Counted from the first letter of the stretch, positions 27,772 to 43,189 are shown. The stretch: 64,000 nt of DNA from Octopus vulgaris (GCA_951406725.2 OX597819.1:107756001-107820000), one strand, 5' to 3'. The notes: generated from the sequence alone by a model not told the origin. A program made the numbers and translations.

Positions 27772-27861
27772 GGTAAAATCGTGTAGCAAACCAAATGGCG
27801 GTGCCCCAGCATGGCCACAGCTCATTAGCTGAAACTGGAAAAATCAAAATCAAAATCAAAA

Positions 27862-27864
<3 letters not shown>
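25411..27864 (+). mobile_element. CR1-group LINE, 5'-truncated within the APE domain, RT nearly intact
   Basis: 755-aa ORF with SDH (APE end), GPDG, NYRPISLTS, QHGFRPGRSC, YLDFAKAFDKV, GVPQGTVLGP and YADD. Frameshift near 27570, with the C-terminus continuing to 27771. 3' stem-loop and (AAATC)n tail. Confidence 0.95.
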
Positions 27865-27901
<37 letters not shown>

Positions 27902-29069
27902 CATTTAAATATATCCATACCTACGTACATACACACGAATATACAAACATATACACACATACTGATACATAAATACGTACGAAATAATTGGCATCCAATG
28001 ACACAGTTGGTGGTGCAATATATATATTCAAAAAAATTACCGTTTTGGCTCCATAAAGACTTCCAGTAACAATAATTTACCGAAGTAACGTACTTGAAAT
28101 GATTTTTCCGGAACTGACCATTAAAAATATCAATGTTTTACAAAGACATATTCATTATATAGACCATCTGATGCTACTGTTAACATTGTTTATGAAAGAA
28201 AGGATGTACTTTCTTACAATGTAAAATCTAAAGTGATATTTGACAGAACTATTTGTAATATAATCGTATTTAGCCATTTTTTTTTATTTATTTCTATTAT
28301 ACATTTCAACGCTTACTTTCGCTATCCGTCAATCTATTTAACTGTGTACGTATAGATCTATTTATCTGTCTATTTATCTCTCTATGTATCTATCTATTTC
28401 TCTATTTCTCTATTTATCGCTCTCTCTCTCTCTCTCTCTCTTTCACACACACATATATATATATGTATATATATTTACATTTTTATACTTACTGCATTTA
28501 CAAAGCATCCTTTCTCTATCTACACACTCTCTATCCACACACACTCTGTATATATATATATATATATATATATTTTTGAATATATGCACACAAATACATG
28601 TACCTATGTATGCATTTGCACATTTATCTCTAGTTATCCGTTTTAATATATTTAATGCGCACTGCATTAAACATTAATAATAGCATTTAATAACATTCAA
28701 GTGTGTGCCTGTGAGTGCATGTGGCCGTGTGTGTGTGTACGCGTGCGCAAGAGTATATGCATGTATATGTATGAATGTATATATATGAGTGTATGTAAGT
28801 GTGAGTGTATGCACATGTGTTTATATATATATAATATATAATATATATTATGTGTTTACATGTTTGTATATATATATATATATATATGAAGGTAGGTATG
28901 TAGGTACTATCATGCATTACATATATTTTGTAACGTATGTTGAATATATATATGTATGTGTTTACATATGTGTGTGTGCGCGTGTGTGTGTGTGTATACA
29001 TGTGTGTGTGTGTGTAAATATATATATACGAAATATATGCAATGCAAGATACGTACCTACATACCTACC

Positions 29070-29106
<37 letters not shown>

Positions 29107-29154
29107 TAGGAAGAAATGGAGCTGAACGAAGATTTAACAAAATTCCTTTTTATT

Positions 29155-29240
29155 ATTTTCTACATATGTTTCAAAGGCTGCAAAGTCCCTAATTCGGATT
29201 GAATAAGGAGTCCATTTTGCAGCCTTCTCTTCAGGAAAAT
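29155..29240 (-). ncRNA. Type I hammerhead ribozyme, intact core, extended stem II
   Basis: AUUUUC-CUGAAGA-GAAGGCUGCAAA..UUUGCAGCCUUU-GAAA-CAUAUG-UA-GAAAAU. 6-bp stem I, 12-bp stem II, palindromic ACAUAUGU stem III, triplet GUA. Confidence 0.85.
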
Positions 29241-29657
29241 CCAGGAACTTAATTCTCCAACAAAATGCACAGCAAGCTTTTCGACAAACGCTCACGAGGA
29301 GCCCATGGAAAATATGGCACAAACTGTCTATCTATATGCGTTGACGCCAGGCTGGGTGAAGGCAGACGAGAAGGTCCGTTGAGATAATTCAAGGTTAGAA
29401 TCCGGTTAGCAGAAGGGAGTACAGGAAAATCAAAGAGTGTGAATGTATTCTGTATGACTGGTGTTGATATTTGAATTATTTTAAGAATGATTGCTAGAGT
29501 GTTTGAGTGTGAGAAATTGCTTTCATGTATGTGTGTGTGCGTCTATGTATGTGTGGCAGTGTGTTTCGAAGGCAGCAAGAGAGAGAGATATAGCAGGTAT
29601 TAATGGTCAAGCAACAGAAAAGATTGTGTCTGTGTGTTCGTCTGTAACCACTTGATA

Positions 29658-31463
29658 CAGTTTGAAGATAAGTTATGGGTTCGTAAGGATACTCCCAACG
29701 AGTTCGATGTACCTATGGGAAGTTCAGATAGCGCCCAGATTGCCGATTTGGTCGGAATCTATATTCTCTATGAATTATCCTACCAATTCCCGGACATCGG
29801 AGGCGGCCTATATCGTGACGATTGTCTGTTTTACTTACAGAACACCCCGAATAGAATGATACAGAAAACTAAAAATAGATTAGCTAGGTTCTTTAATAGG
29901 ATGGGCATGAGCATAGTTTTTGATAACGAACTTACCAAGGCAAATTTTTTAGATGTCACACTAAACCTGCATAGCGATTCTTACTGCCCCTACCACAAAC
30001 CTTCCACTAACCTAAAGTATGTCAGTGTTTTCTCTAACCACGCAAAAACTATAACAGACAATTTAGTTAAAAATATTTCTCAAAGATTAACAAATTTATC
30101 TGCCAACGTCAACATTTTTAGGCAGAAAGCGGAATTTTATAATGCCGCCCTGTCAAAAGCCGGTTATAGGGAGAAGGTAGCATATATAGACCCGGCCCTT
30201 CCGAAACCAGCATTCTATCATCAAGATAAGTCAAGTTACAATAACATAAATAATATAAGTAGTGATGGTAGCCTGAGGAATGTCGATACAAGTACAACTA
30301 GCATAAATATAGATAACATAAATAATTTGCGGTCCAGGGGAGGCCATCGTAGGCCAAAACCCATTATTCAACCCAGAGATACCCACCTTAATGTTAGAGT
30401 TGACTCTCCGAGCCAGTACAAGAACAGGAAAAACTATATTTGGTTTGTAATTCCCTTTGGTAAACAAATAAGATCTAACTTACCGTTGCAGTTTCGCCAA
30501 GCAATTACCAGAAATTTTCCCAGAAATTCGAGATATTACTCCACTGTAAATTCGCACTAAGTTAGGATAGCCTTCTCCAATACTAAAAATCTTTCACAGA
30601 TAATTTCCTCCCATAACAATAAGCTGCTAAATAAGGCCCTCTCACCCATGAGCGGAGACTCTGCTCCGTCTAATTCCAACATAACTCGCAGTAATAATAA
30701 TAATAATAGAACTGGCACAGATATTAGCAACCTCCATACCAACATTGGAGTTAGTAATAGTAATAAGGATAAGAGCAATGATCTCGTCATTAACGTAGGG
30801 GGAGTAAGTAATGGTAATAAGGATAAGAGCACTGATCTAGTCATTAATGTAGGGAGTCCCAACAATAATATTAGCAGCGGTTTTAACAACAGTAGTATTA
30901 CGGACATTATCAATCACAGCATTCACAGTAACAGGGAATATGCAGGTGATATTGCCTTAAATAGTAATGATAATGGGGTGAATAATATCGAATCCAGCGG
31001 TAGTTTTTACAATCATCATAGTAATAAGAACGCTGTATTAATATCGGAAACCAATCCCAATAGATTAAGGTTCTTATCTAGTAACTCCAAGATTAGAAAC
31101 GCCATTTACCAGTGCAGAGTTTATACTGATTCAGATGTCTACATTTATATCGGAGCTTCATCATCGAAATTGGCTGTTAGAATATCGAATCATTTTTCCA
31201 CGTTCCGTGATAAGGAAAGGCAACACGCTACGGGGCTAAGCAAATTAGTCTGGCGTTTGAAGAACGCGAATTCAACTTTTAGACTGTAATGGTCAATTTT
31301 ATCGGTGTCTTTACCGTTTGATAAGGGCAAAAAAATCTGTGCTCTTTGTAACTCGGAACTCTTTCATATTCTGTTCGCCCGAGGGCACCTTGTTAACTCG
31401 ATTGTGCAAAATTCTTTCAGATGCCCCCACTGGAAACGACATACATTTCTCTCATACCAATGA
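29658..31463 (+). pseudogene. PLE polyprotein (RT with YRDD, Asn-rich linker, GIY-YIG endonuclease), single frame with two TAA stops
   Basis: PMGS, GGLYRDDCL, FLDVTLNL, PYHKP; AIY..YIG..R..NH. After TAA 31287-89 the frame continues WSIL..CALCNSE..CPH to TGA 31461-63. After TAA 30558-60 it continues in frame VRIAFSNTKNLSQIISSHN. Confidence 0.92.
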
Positions 31464-32058
31464 AGTCTAATATAGTTAACCCCTTGATTTCCTAAGAAAA
31501 TTGAAAACATTTTGAATTAAATTTGTAAGGGGATATCCCTTCCCTGTTAGTATAAGAACTGCTAGTTGTCTAGAACTGCTGACATCCCTGACAGCAGCAC
31601 TATATCCTGCCATGACCATTGTGGACACCCCCTTTCTCTATCAAGTGGTTACAGACGAACACACAGACACAGTCTTTTCTGTTGCTTGACCATTAATACC
31701 TGCTATATCTCTCTCTCTCTTGCTGCCTTCGAAACACACTGCCACACATACATAGACGCACACACACATACATGAAAGCAATTTCTCACACTCAAACACT
31801 CTAGCAATCATTCTTAAAATAATTCAAATATCAACACCAGTCATACAGAATACATTCACACTCTTTGATTTTCCTGTACTCCCCTTCTGCTAACCGGATT
31901 CTAACCTTGAATTATCTCAACGGACCTTCTCGTCTGCCTTCACCCAGCCTGGCGTCAACGCATATAGATAGACAGTTTGTGCCATATTTTCCATGGGCTC
32001 CCCGTGAGCGTTTGTCGAAAAGCTTGCTGTGCATTTTGTTGGAGAATTAAGTTCCTGG

Positions 32059-32144
32059 ATTTTCCTGAAGAGAAGGCTGCAAAATGGACTCCTTATTCAA
32101 TCCGAATTAGGGACTTTGCAGCCTTTGAAGCATATGTAGAAAAT
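32059..32144 (+). ncRNA. Hammerhead ribozyme copy with GAAA to GAAG core substitution (32130)
   Basis: Same as the reverse complement of 29155-29240 except that A15.1 is G. Confidence 0.8.
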
Positions 32145-32343
32145 AATAAAAAGGAATTTTGTTAAATCTTCGTTCAGCTCCATTTCTTCCTACACTAAAT
32201 ATATAAAACTTCAAATTTTCGCACTAAGGCACGGATTTTAGGCCCCATGGTCGTAACCTCAACCGCGCTTTTTCTGTTGTGATTTTTGCTACCCAGGTAT
32301 CGGTTATCTTTTGAATTATCCGTAATAAGATAATTCACTTATC

Positions 32344-32461
<118 letters not shown>

Positions 32462-32536
32462 ACTCTTACATGACGAAATATATTGTAAGATACGTACCTA
32501 AATACCTACCTTCATATATATATATTTATATATATA

Positions 32537-32760
32537 TGAAGGTAGGTATGTAGGTACGTATCTTGCATTGCATATATTTCGTAATGTAAGAGTTGTGTAG
32601 TATATACAGCCATGCATTTTACATAGTGCAAATATTATCTGATACATTAGGATAGATATATTTATTATACGAGCAGTCGAGAAACTACTCTGGGTTTCTT
32701 TCGCTTTTGATGTTTCATGACAGCATTGAACAGCCAAAGGCGAATCTCAGTTCCTGTTAT
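32537..32760 (-). mobile_element. pLTR-like segment with decayed hammerhead (32680-32755); its terminal 45-60 bp recurs at 28886-28945(-), 29028-29073(+) and 32456-32513(+)
   Basis: Minus CTGAGA-TTCGCCTTTG..CAAAAGCGAA-A-GAAA-CCCAGAG-TA. Terminal motif GATACGTACCTACATACCTACCTTCA abuts (TA)n. Confidence 0.55.
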
Positions 32761-33159
32761 ACTAAAAGTAGGATGAGTACGGTTGGAAATTCACCTAGAT
32801 CAGAGCAGACCAGAGTTAAATAACAAATCAATATTAACTACTACGAGGCCAACAATGGCGTCACTTCGTGTCTGCAGGCTCTGCAAGAAATACCAATCAA
32901 AATTTGCGTAATCACATCCTACTGATTTCCATGAAGAAAAACACGTTAGACAAGCTAGTCACCCTACCTAACTGAAAAGATTGGGACGTGTACAACATGA
33001 ATTCCTTTAGCTGTAGTTCAGCTGTATCAGTGTCTTTTGGGGGCTAAATATTTACAAAAGTTCAACCAGCCGTCAATCGCAAGCGATTTATGGCCTGGAG
33101 GCACGTTCCAGGCTTTCACTATTTGTTTTAGGTGCATATATAGTCACGAGCAAACATAG

Positions 33160-33397
33160 ACACCTATTTCTTTACTACCCACAAGGGGCTAAACACAGAG
33201 AGGACAATCAAGGGCAGACAAACGGTTTAAGTCGATTATATCGACCCCAGTGCGTTACTGGTACTTATTTAATCGACCCCGAAAGGATGAAAGGCAAAGT
33301 CGACCTCGGCGGAATTTGAACTCAGAACGTAATGGCAGACAAAATACGACTACGCATTTCGCCCGGCGTGCTAACATTTCTGCCAACTCGCCGCCTT
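33160..33397 (-). mobile_element. SINE family D, full length
   Basis: Reverse complement of 62974-63210. Confidence 0.85.
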
Positions 33398-34308
33398 AGA
33401 TACCTTCTCGCCTCCCCACTCTACCCTTAAACTTGCAAAACATCGAGGATGCGACGACTAGGGAGGAGGGAGCTGAACGCATACTCGCGTAGCAGTTAAG
33501 TGGACTGGAGCAATGTGAAATGAAATGCCTTGTTCAACATAATGCATCACCCGGTCGAATAATCGAGTCCGCGGACCAAACATCCCAGCCGTTCACTAAC
33601 CCCGTCACATTCACCCTCAACAACATCATCATCAACTGCAATCAATGATTACAGCCGAATTTAATGTAAAAGGTTTGAGAGAAAGTGGAGCAAAATACTA
33701 TTCTATTGTTACTGCTATTGTTGTTTAGCCCTAGGTCAGCCCTTGTCCAACAGACTTATGATCAAATACGTACCACCTGTAACATTTTCCAATAACTCCT
33801 TTTCTCTAACAACAGGATGAGATTTGAAAACAACTTTTCTGTTATTTCTAACTGGTTGATCGATCGATTATGTAGAGGATCCTTCGCTGATCTGTCTTTT
33901 AGTGCAAGCTATCTAGGACTACATTATCTAAAGTGTCTATTTTTTGAAAGAGGAAATACGAAACATAACGCAGTCTGTGTTGTGTTACTGAAAAATGAGT
34001 TCATTTTGTCTATAATTTTGACTTTAATGCATTTCATTTACTATACAAACAATTATGAATAATAGAGTAGATGTATTTCTTTAGTGGAATAAGTGTTTAA
34101 TTAATGTTGTAAGTGTTTAATTAACGAAATAAGTTCTAAATGCCAACCAGTATTAGGCACAGTTTAAATGTGTGAGGAAAAAAGTGCAAAGCTCTCTCTA
34201 CTTCTGCTGTTGTTATGGTTGTTGCTCTTGTTGTTGGTGTCGTCACAGCCTTTGCCATTGCTTTGTTGTTGCTGCTACTTATAATGATGATGATGCACAA
34301 ACCTTGGC

Positions 34309-34347
<39 letters not shown>

Positions 34348-34439
34348 AGTGTATGTATTTACATGTGTGTGAAGGCATGTAAGTATGCGTATGCATGCAT
34401 ATATATATGTGTGTGTGTGTGTGTGTGTAGTCAATCCAA

Positions 34440-34610
34440 GCATGAACAAGCAAGAAAAACCAACAACGCGATGACGTGGAACAAGTACAGTGTTATTGAA
34501 CGCTTAGGAAAGAGGATTTCACGTTTCGAGCGGAGCTCTTCATCTGAAATGTAGAAAAAGTCCAAAGAAGGGAAGACGGAGAAAGAAAATTGCCAACGAT
34601 ACACACGCGG

Positions 34611-34612
<2 letters not shown>
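34440..34612 (-). mobile_element. P1 pLTR-like element with decayed hammerhead (34516-34550)
   Basis: Minus ATTT-CAGATGA-A-GAGC TCC GCTC-GAAA-CG-TG-AAAT. Core and triplet are both altered. Confidence 0.75.
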
Positions 34613-34706
<94 letters not shown>

Positions 34707-34708
<2 letters not shown>

Positions 34709-35103
34709 TAGCAGTATCGCCCGGCGTTGCTCGGGTTGTAAGGGAAATAACTATATAAGCATTTTTAGAGAGTTATAGCCAAAAAATAGCAAAAAAATGC
34801 ATTAAAAATTGAAAAAAAATTAAGGTAAATTTTTTTTTTAAATCGTTGACACATCGTAGATATTTTTAGAGAGTTACTTCCCTTATATAAAAGCGAAAAA
34901 ATGCATTAAAATGGAAAAATATGATGGTAAATTTTTTTTAAATCGTAGACTCATCGTAGACGCGCGCTAATACCCAGAAGGGCTCGATATGAATCACGAC
35001 TATAAGATACCCGCTTTTGGTCAAACTGCACCGCAAAATGTGGGAGTAGTTACGAATCTAAATCGTAGGAGACAGACACACAACTTCACTCTTATATAAA
35101 GAT
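34707..35103 (+). mobile_element. Helentron-associated (HINE/DINE-1-like) non-autonomous element
   Basis: Starts ACTAGCAGTATCGCCCGGCGTTGCTCGGG (short hairpin), has an internal tandem duplication, and ends GACAGACACACAACTTCACTCTTATATAAAGAT. Confidence 0.7.
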
Positions 35104-36957
35104 GCTTTTTTTTTCAGTCATAGAGTTAGATTTATGAAGGTCTTCAGTAGAAAATCCTTCGAATTCTGACTCGCTGCTTGATATAATGAAATTCGTATCC
35201 ATTTTTTGTCAGAATTACAAATTTTGAAAACACAATAGGAACAAATTTCGGAAAAAAATCTCCCATAATTCACGGAATTAAAATTACACTTCGATTTTTG
35301 TACAAAACTGTATTTGAAGTGTTTACGAAGTATAATACGTGTTTTCACGAATGTACTAAAGAGATTTACTCTGATATTCTCATTTAAATATGAATAGGTA
35401 AATTCGGGCGGTTTGGTAACGAAAGGGTTTATATAAGTGTCGTCTGTTTATACATAAACACTGTTTCATACTTTCAGTTTAGTCTTCCTCAACTCACTCT
35501 GTCGCTATTTACTCTTTTCCAAGAACATTTTCACTCACTCTTATCTGTTAGTTTGCCATACATTTTACTCATGTATCTATCAGCGTGATAGACAGAAACA
35601 AATATTACATCTAGTTTCACTTTATTCGTTGCACACTGTGTGTGTGCGTTTGCGTGTGCTGTAAACCAGACTAAGAAAAGCATTTGACATACACACCAGA
35701 ATGTGAGTTTTCTGTAAATTTTGCTTAATTGGAGTTTAAATTTTAAAAACTGGACCTGGCAAAACCCGATGCATTCTACTCTTAAAAATACTAGGTAAAT
35801 TGTAATTGAAGAAATCCTATATTGTAGATTTCTATAACTGACAAAGGGAGGCAGATAAAATCTGCCTTTTATAATAAGAGATATATATACGAAGAGTTTC
35901 TTCCCAGTTTCTGATACCAAATCCACTCACAATCCTTTGGTCGGCACCAGGCTATAGTAGAAGTCATTTGTCCAAGGTTCCACACAGAGGGACTAAACCT
36001 GGAACCATGTGATTGCGAAGTGACCTTCTTACCACACAGCCACACCTGCGCCTTCATATATATATATATATGAAGATTAGGATAATCCCTGCTAGGACGC
36101 ATTTGATCTTAAGATGTATCAGTCCGACCTTTTAGTTTAGATAACATCAGTAACAACAACAACAGCAACAACAACAGTAACCGCAGATATTCAATTCTGA
36201 ACATGTCTATTTTAAATATTGATGGATTTACTTATAACACAGACAACTTTGCTGTGACAGTATAGAATTAACTAACTTTCCTCTATTATTTAGCAATGCA
36301 ACTTTAGTTTCCAATTATCTCGGAAAAGCTATCATTAAGTGGACAAAACTGGACTTTTTTACGGTCAGTCTATGGTCTGCTTACATTTCCATTTTTTTAT
36401 TGTATCGCTTTTTTTTCATCTATCTTTTTTTAATGAGTATGCATGACATTTTCATGGTTTCCGTATAAAGCAATTAACCCTTTCATATGATGCCATAATA
36501 TATTATGTTGCCACTTTATAGCATCGTGTATGTAACAGGTTGTAGGCGGAGCGTGTTTTTCTGAATCATTTTTTGCTTCGGTAATGATTCAGCTTTCTAA
36601 AGAGTCTTCAATTTGTAGAGATTCAAAAACATTAGTAAGCTCCAAAATAGAGAAGATATCATACAAACATTTTTTTATGACTATTTTCATTTTCATACTT
36701 ATATAAATAATACTGATCAATAAAAGTTGCTTATTTAAAGGGGCGCCGTTCGCATGTTTCCCTCTTTTACAAATTATATGCTATGCCCACACACATGCAA
36801 ACATATATGCACATGTATAAATTATTTGCCCTTTGAATTAGCGTGTAAGTAGCTGAGTATTCCACGGACACGTATACCATTAACGTAATATTCAGGCAGA
36901 ATCAACGTAATAGATAGATAGACATTTACCCGCATAAACACATATTCACATACACGC

Positions 36958-36989
<32 letters not shown>

Positions 36990-37428
36990 TGGATATTAAT
37001 TTGCTCATCCATCTCACTTGGATGTGTTGTTAAAAACGCCATGAACTGTGGTAGCAGTCCTGAGAAGTCATCTCGCAGTCTAAAGAGCACAGATTATACA
37101 CAGCCCGCCAGTTTTTTTTTTTTGTTTGTTTTTTTGTGAAATCACTGCCTGTTTACTCAGTGCTACACTATACCGATTTGGCGGACTTTCAATCTGACAT
37201 TCGGTGCTTGGGTATCTGTTACTAATGATATACTAATTACGATGAAATCACGTGACACAACGGTAGTGACAAAATTTCGTCAGTTGATATCTGTGCTTTT
37301 TAGCACCTAACGTTTATACGAGATGACTGTTAGGAATGCGATCATAAAAAGAAACACTTCCAAATTGAGTTGTATATGCAAATTAATATTCGTAAGAACG
37401 GCTGCTTCCGTCGCTAATAGCTAATTTA

Positions 37429-37492
37429 TACAGTGGATAGATTGATTTGCATATTTGTGAGCAGATATGCAAATTAGCTATTCACTAAAGTA
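37429..37492. mobile_element. Tc1/mariner-like MITE remnant (fold-back TIRs)
   Basis: TA-CAGTGGATAG..ATTTGCATAT / ATATGCAAATTAGCTATTCACT. Related TIR near 36986. Confidence 0.45.
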
Positions 37493-39548
37493 ATACCTTT
37501 ATTTGTGAATACTGTTTTACATCTAAATATTATATGCTATATGCTTGATTATATGCTGTTACTATAATGTTCATTGACAAATGAAACCAAATGACCCCGA
37601 GGAGCGGTCAAGAAACAATAAAACATTCTGTCAAGAAACTTCCCCCTCATTTTCCGCTCATAAAACGCGTAGACAGAATGTATTTACATTCGTATTTCTC
37701 TCTTAGGTAGGTTTCCTAATATTTGGATTTATTACAGTTTTGGTGATGTACGTTATATTTAGCACCCAGTGATAAAACTGCATACAAAGGAAATTGATAC
37801 TATCGAGCACAAGTTGTCATGTGAGCAAAAAGATAGAGTAATCATGTGTTCTAGTAGGGCCCACGTTCTACATGAATTCAAAAGAAAACCAAGTTGCAGT
37901 AAGTCATAGATATATGACATACATCATGTTTACTGATATATTTGTAGTTATTGATACACTCGCTACCGAGAGATTAAATAATGACTTACAACACAGCTCT
38001 ATTCTAACATGAAATATTCAGGCAGTCTAACAAAATAACTCAATTTCGAAATGTAGAGCTTGAGGTAAGAAATTGAAAGTTATATCATGTTTATTTAAGC
38101 TATAGATACTAATAAATAGCTGCAGGAACATTGAAATAGCAAGTGTCCACATAAATATGATAGGTTGGTGGTGACGTTTCCACTTAGAAGAATTGTTACA
38201 CTCTTCACAAACAAATCACTACACTTATAAATCTACAGAATTAAACAAAATCTGATAAACAATGGATATACCAATAAGGTAGTAGATAAGACCATGGTGT
38301 AACAGAAAACCAATATCAAAGAAGTAAAACATCAAATACTACTCATGAAAATAAACAACCCACAGGTAAAGTGCATCAGATGAATCAAATGTATGCTAGC
38401 TATAAAATATGTTATGAAAACACTCATAAAATAAAATATTGTATGTTTTCATAATCAAAAATTAATGATATTTTACAACCTAAAAGAAATAAATTAAACA
38501 ATATCTTATCAATAACAAACCACGGGCATCTAAACTTATGAACATGCTACAAATAACGAATGTGATTTACAATATCGATAGCAAACGGAGAAGCTGCAAA
38601 AACTCCAGACTGTAATTGTTACATTGAGCATGCAAGTATGATACATTGTTACAGACTATTATGCGCATACAACGAAAGAGCAATTGCGACGTACTACATC
38701 AACAACAGCGGACAACATAAAACAAAGCTTAATACGGAAACATTGTTATACAACACAACCATCTTATACGGAAGTCCAAAATAGAAAACTAGGCGAGTAA
38801 TTATGGAAGCGAAATAAGTAGCACAGAAATAACGTATAATAGTCACAAACAAAAACCAGTCCCCAATTCTTGAAAGACCGGGGTGCGTGGCTTAGTAGTT
38901 AGTGTGGTACACTCATGATCGTAAGAGTGTGGTTTTAATTCCTGAATTGAGTGACATGTGTTCGTAAGTAAAGCATTCCATTTCGCATTTCTCCAGTCTA
39001 CTCAGCAAGTGAATCCAGGAAATCAGCTTGATAAGCCTATAGTTCAGGAAGGACTTTTGACCCCTTTCAGTTCTTGAAAGAAAGAGGCTTTGAGTCGACG
39101 ATCAAAGATTTAAACCCGGCAGCAATGTCACTTCAAACAGCAATCCTATTCCACCTGAGATGGTAATAAGACCCCTTAATCCCACCAACCACATCATCTA
39201 AAAGATCAGAAGAAGAGAATTTGAGGAAACAATAAAGAAACCGTAAAGAATTCAAAAGTAATATTTGTAAAATAAAGAAAATATAGAACTTAAATATAGA
39301 ACTGAGAAAATATATATTCTCAATATATGGATTCTCCGTTACCTCTGAGCAACAAAATATGAAACAGCACATCAGATACCTTATGGTTATCAGCTCATGA
39401 GATCTGCGTTATATAACTTTCTGTTAAGCGTTCTGTAAGATTTTAGATATCAATTATTTAGTAGTAAAACTATATCATACATGGATACAGTACTTATTGA
39501 AGGTAATAAACGTTGCTACTGTTGATGCTTCTCTTACTGTTTTTTGAT

Positions 39549-39630
<82 letters not shown>

Positions 39631-40216
39631 CAGCAGCAGCAGTAATAATAGTAGTGGTAGTAGTATTGATGAAAATTCTAATTGTATACTTAGAACTACT
39701 TACGTCATTGTGAATTTAAGAAAAAACTTCTATTTCTGACAGATGTGGAAACTATATAGAACTTCACCCGCCTCCAGCTTGGCTTCCATATAAATGCGGT
39801 TAAATAGCTATATGGTAAAACAATTTCTGAATATACTGCCCAACTTAGAAACAAATTTCGTGTTATTGCTTTCAAATTTTGACACAAGGGCCGCAATTTG
39901 GGGGATTACGTAAGTCGATTACATCGACCCCAGTGCTCAGCTGCTACTTATTTTATCGACTCCGAAAGAACGAAAGGCAAAGTCGAATTCGGCAGCATTT
40001 CAACTAAGAACGTAAAGACGGACGAAATGCCGCTAAGCATTTTGTCCGGTGAGCCAGCTCGCCGCCTTCTCTTTGTTCATAATATTACGATAGGAAAATA
40101 ACAGCTGCAAAGTGTGTGCAGTCATTATTATGTAAATAAGAGCTTATTTATCAAACACGTGATTTTGGATTTGCGGCATCTTATCCTCTAGCGTTATACT
40201 AACCGAAATTGTACGT

Positions 40217-40262
<46 letters not shown>

Positions 40263-40462
40263 CCCTATTTACACCTGGCCCATCACTTTTTCATCCGTTT
40301 TTTTTTTTACCTCTCACTATAATTTTCCAATGTAATTTTCTTCTGAGAAAGAAAAAGTCCAAGACGTCATGATACTTTCTCTCCTTAAGCGCCAAGCCAA
40401 TACATAAAACCTATTCTTCCTGTGCTGTTTAGTTTTTCTTTTTACATTTCCCATATATATAT

Positions 40463-40793
40463 ATGGCTCAGTGGTTAGAGCGTCGAGCTTACGATCGTGA
40501 GGTTGTGAGCTCGAATCCCGGACCGGGCTGCGTGTTGTGTTCTTGAGCAAGGCACTTTATTTCACGTTGCTCCAGTTCACTCAGCTGTAGAAATGAGTTG
40601 CGACGTCACTGGTGCCAAGCTGTATCGACCTTTGTCTTTCCCTTGGATAACACTGGTGGCGTGGAGAGGGGAGGCTGGTATGCATGGGCGACTGCTGGTC
40701 TTCCATAAACAACCTTGCCCGGACTTGTGTCTAGGAGGGTAACTTTCTAGGTGCAATCCCATGGTCATTCATGACCGAAGGGGGTCTTTACCC

Positions 40794-40798
<5 letters not shown>
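40463..40798 (+). mobile_element. tRNA-derived SINE family B (CORE-like centre)
   Basis: TGGCTCAGTGGTTAGAGCG..CTCGAATCCC head and CTTGAGCAAGGCACTT core. Second copy at 50066-50391. Confidence 0.85.
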
Positions 40799-40889
<91 letters not shown>

Positions 40890-40927
40890 TACGGGCAACA
40901 TAAAAGAATGCAATATATATATATATA

Positions 40928-41283
40928 TGGTTCCGGGTTTAGTCCCACTACGTGGCACGTTGGGCAAGTGTCTTCTACTATAGCCTCGGGCCGACCAAAG
41001 CCTTGAGTGGATTTGGTAGACGAAAACTGAAAGAAGCCCATCATGTGTATATATATGTGTGTGTGTGTGTGTGTGTTTCTGTGTCTGTGTTTATCCCCCT
41101 GAACATTGCTTGACAACCGACGCTGGTGTGTTTACGTCCCCGTAACTTAGCGGTTCAGCAAAAGAGTCCGATAAAGTACTGGGCATACAAATAATAAGTC
41201 CTGGGGTCGATTTTCTCGACTAAAGGCGGTGCTCCAGCATGGCCGCAGTCAAATGATTGAACCATAAAAGAATAAAAGATAAA
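40928..41283 (+). mobile_element. SINE family A (5'-clipped)
   Basis: Homologous to the reverse complement of 15365-15808. Confidence 0.85.
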
Positions 41284-41326
41284 ATATATATACATGCATA
41301 CATACGTACATATACATGTGTGTATA

Positions 41327-41382
<56 letters not shown>

Positions 41383-41862
41383 GGTGTGTGTGTTTTAGAT
41401 TGCTCATCTTCAATGCACTGCAGGACGACGGCCTCAGCATGGTCCCTCCACCAGCCACGGTCTGATGTGGAGGCCGTGAATTTGAACTTGAGATTTTGAT
41501 AGCTTGATTAGCCTACTTTGCCACACAGGCTCGACATGGCTTGGCGGAGGGATGCAGCTTTTCTTTTTTATACACTCATACTCAGGAGTACTCAAGTCGA
41601 CTTCATCGACCCTCAGTGCTCAACTGGTGCTTATTTTATCGAGCCGAAAGGATGAAATGCGAAGTCGACTCCGGAATTTGAACTCAGAACGTTACGACGG
41701 ACAAAGTACTGTTAAGTATATTGTCCGGATTACTAACGTTTCTGCCAGCTCATCTATACACAAACGTGTGTATGCGCGCATGCGCGTTGCGGTTGTAGGG
41801 GTGAGGGGTGTATGTGTGTATGTATATATATATGTATATATGTGTATGTGCGAGTACATATC

Positions 41863-43189
<1,327 letters not shown>

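Noticed and set aside
30558-31289. Selenocysteine recoding as in Naiad PLEs
   Set aside because: The stops are TAA, not TGA, they are not at Cys positions, and the nuclease is C-terminal.
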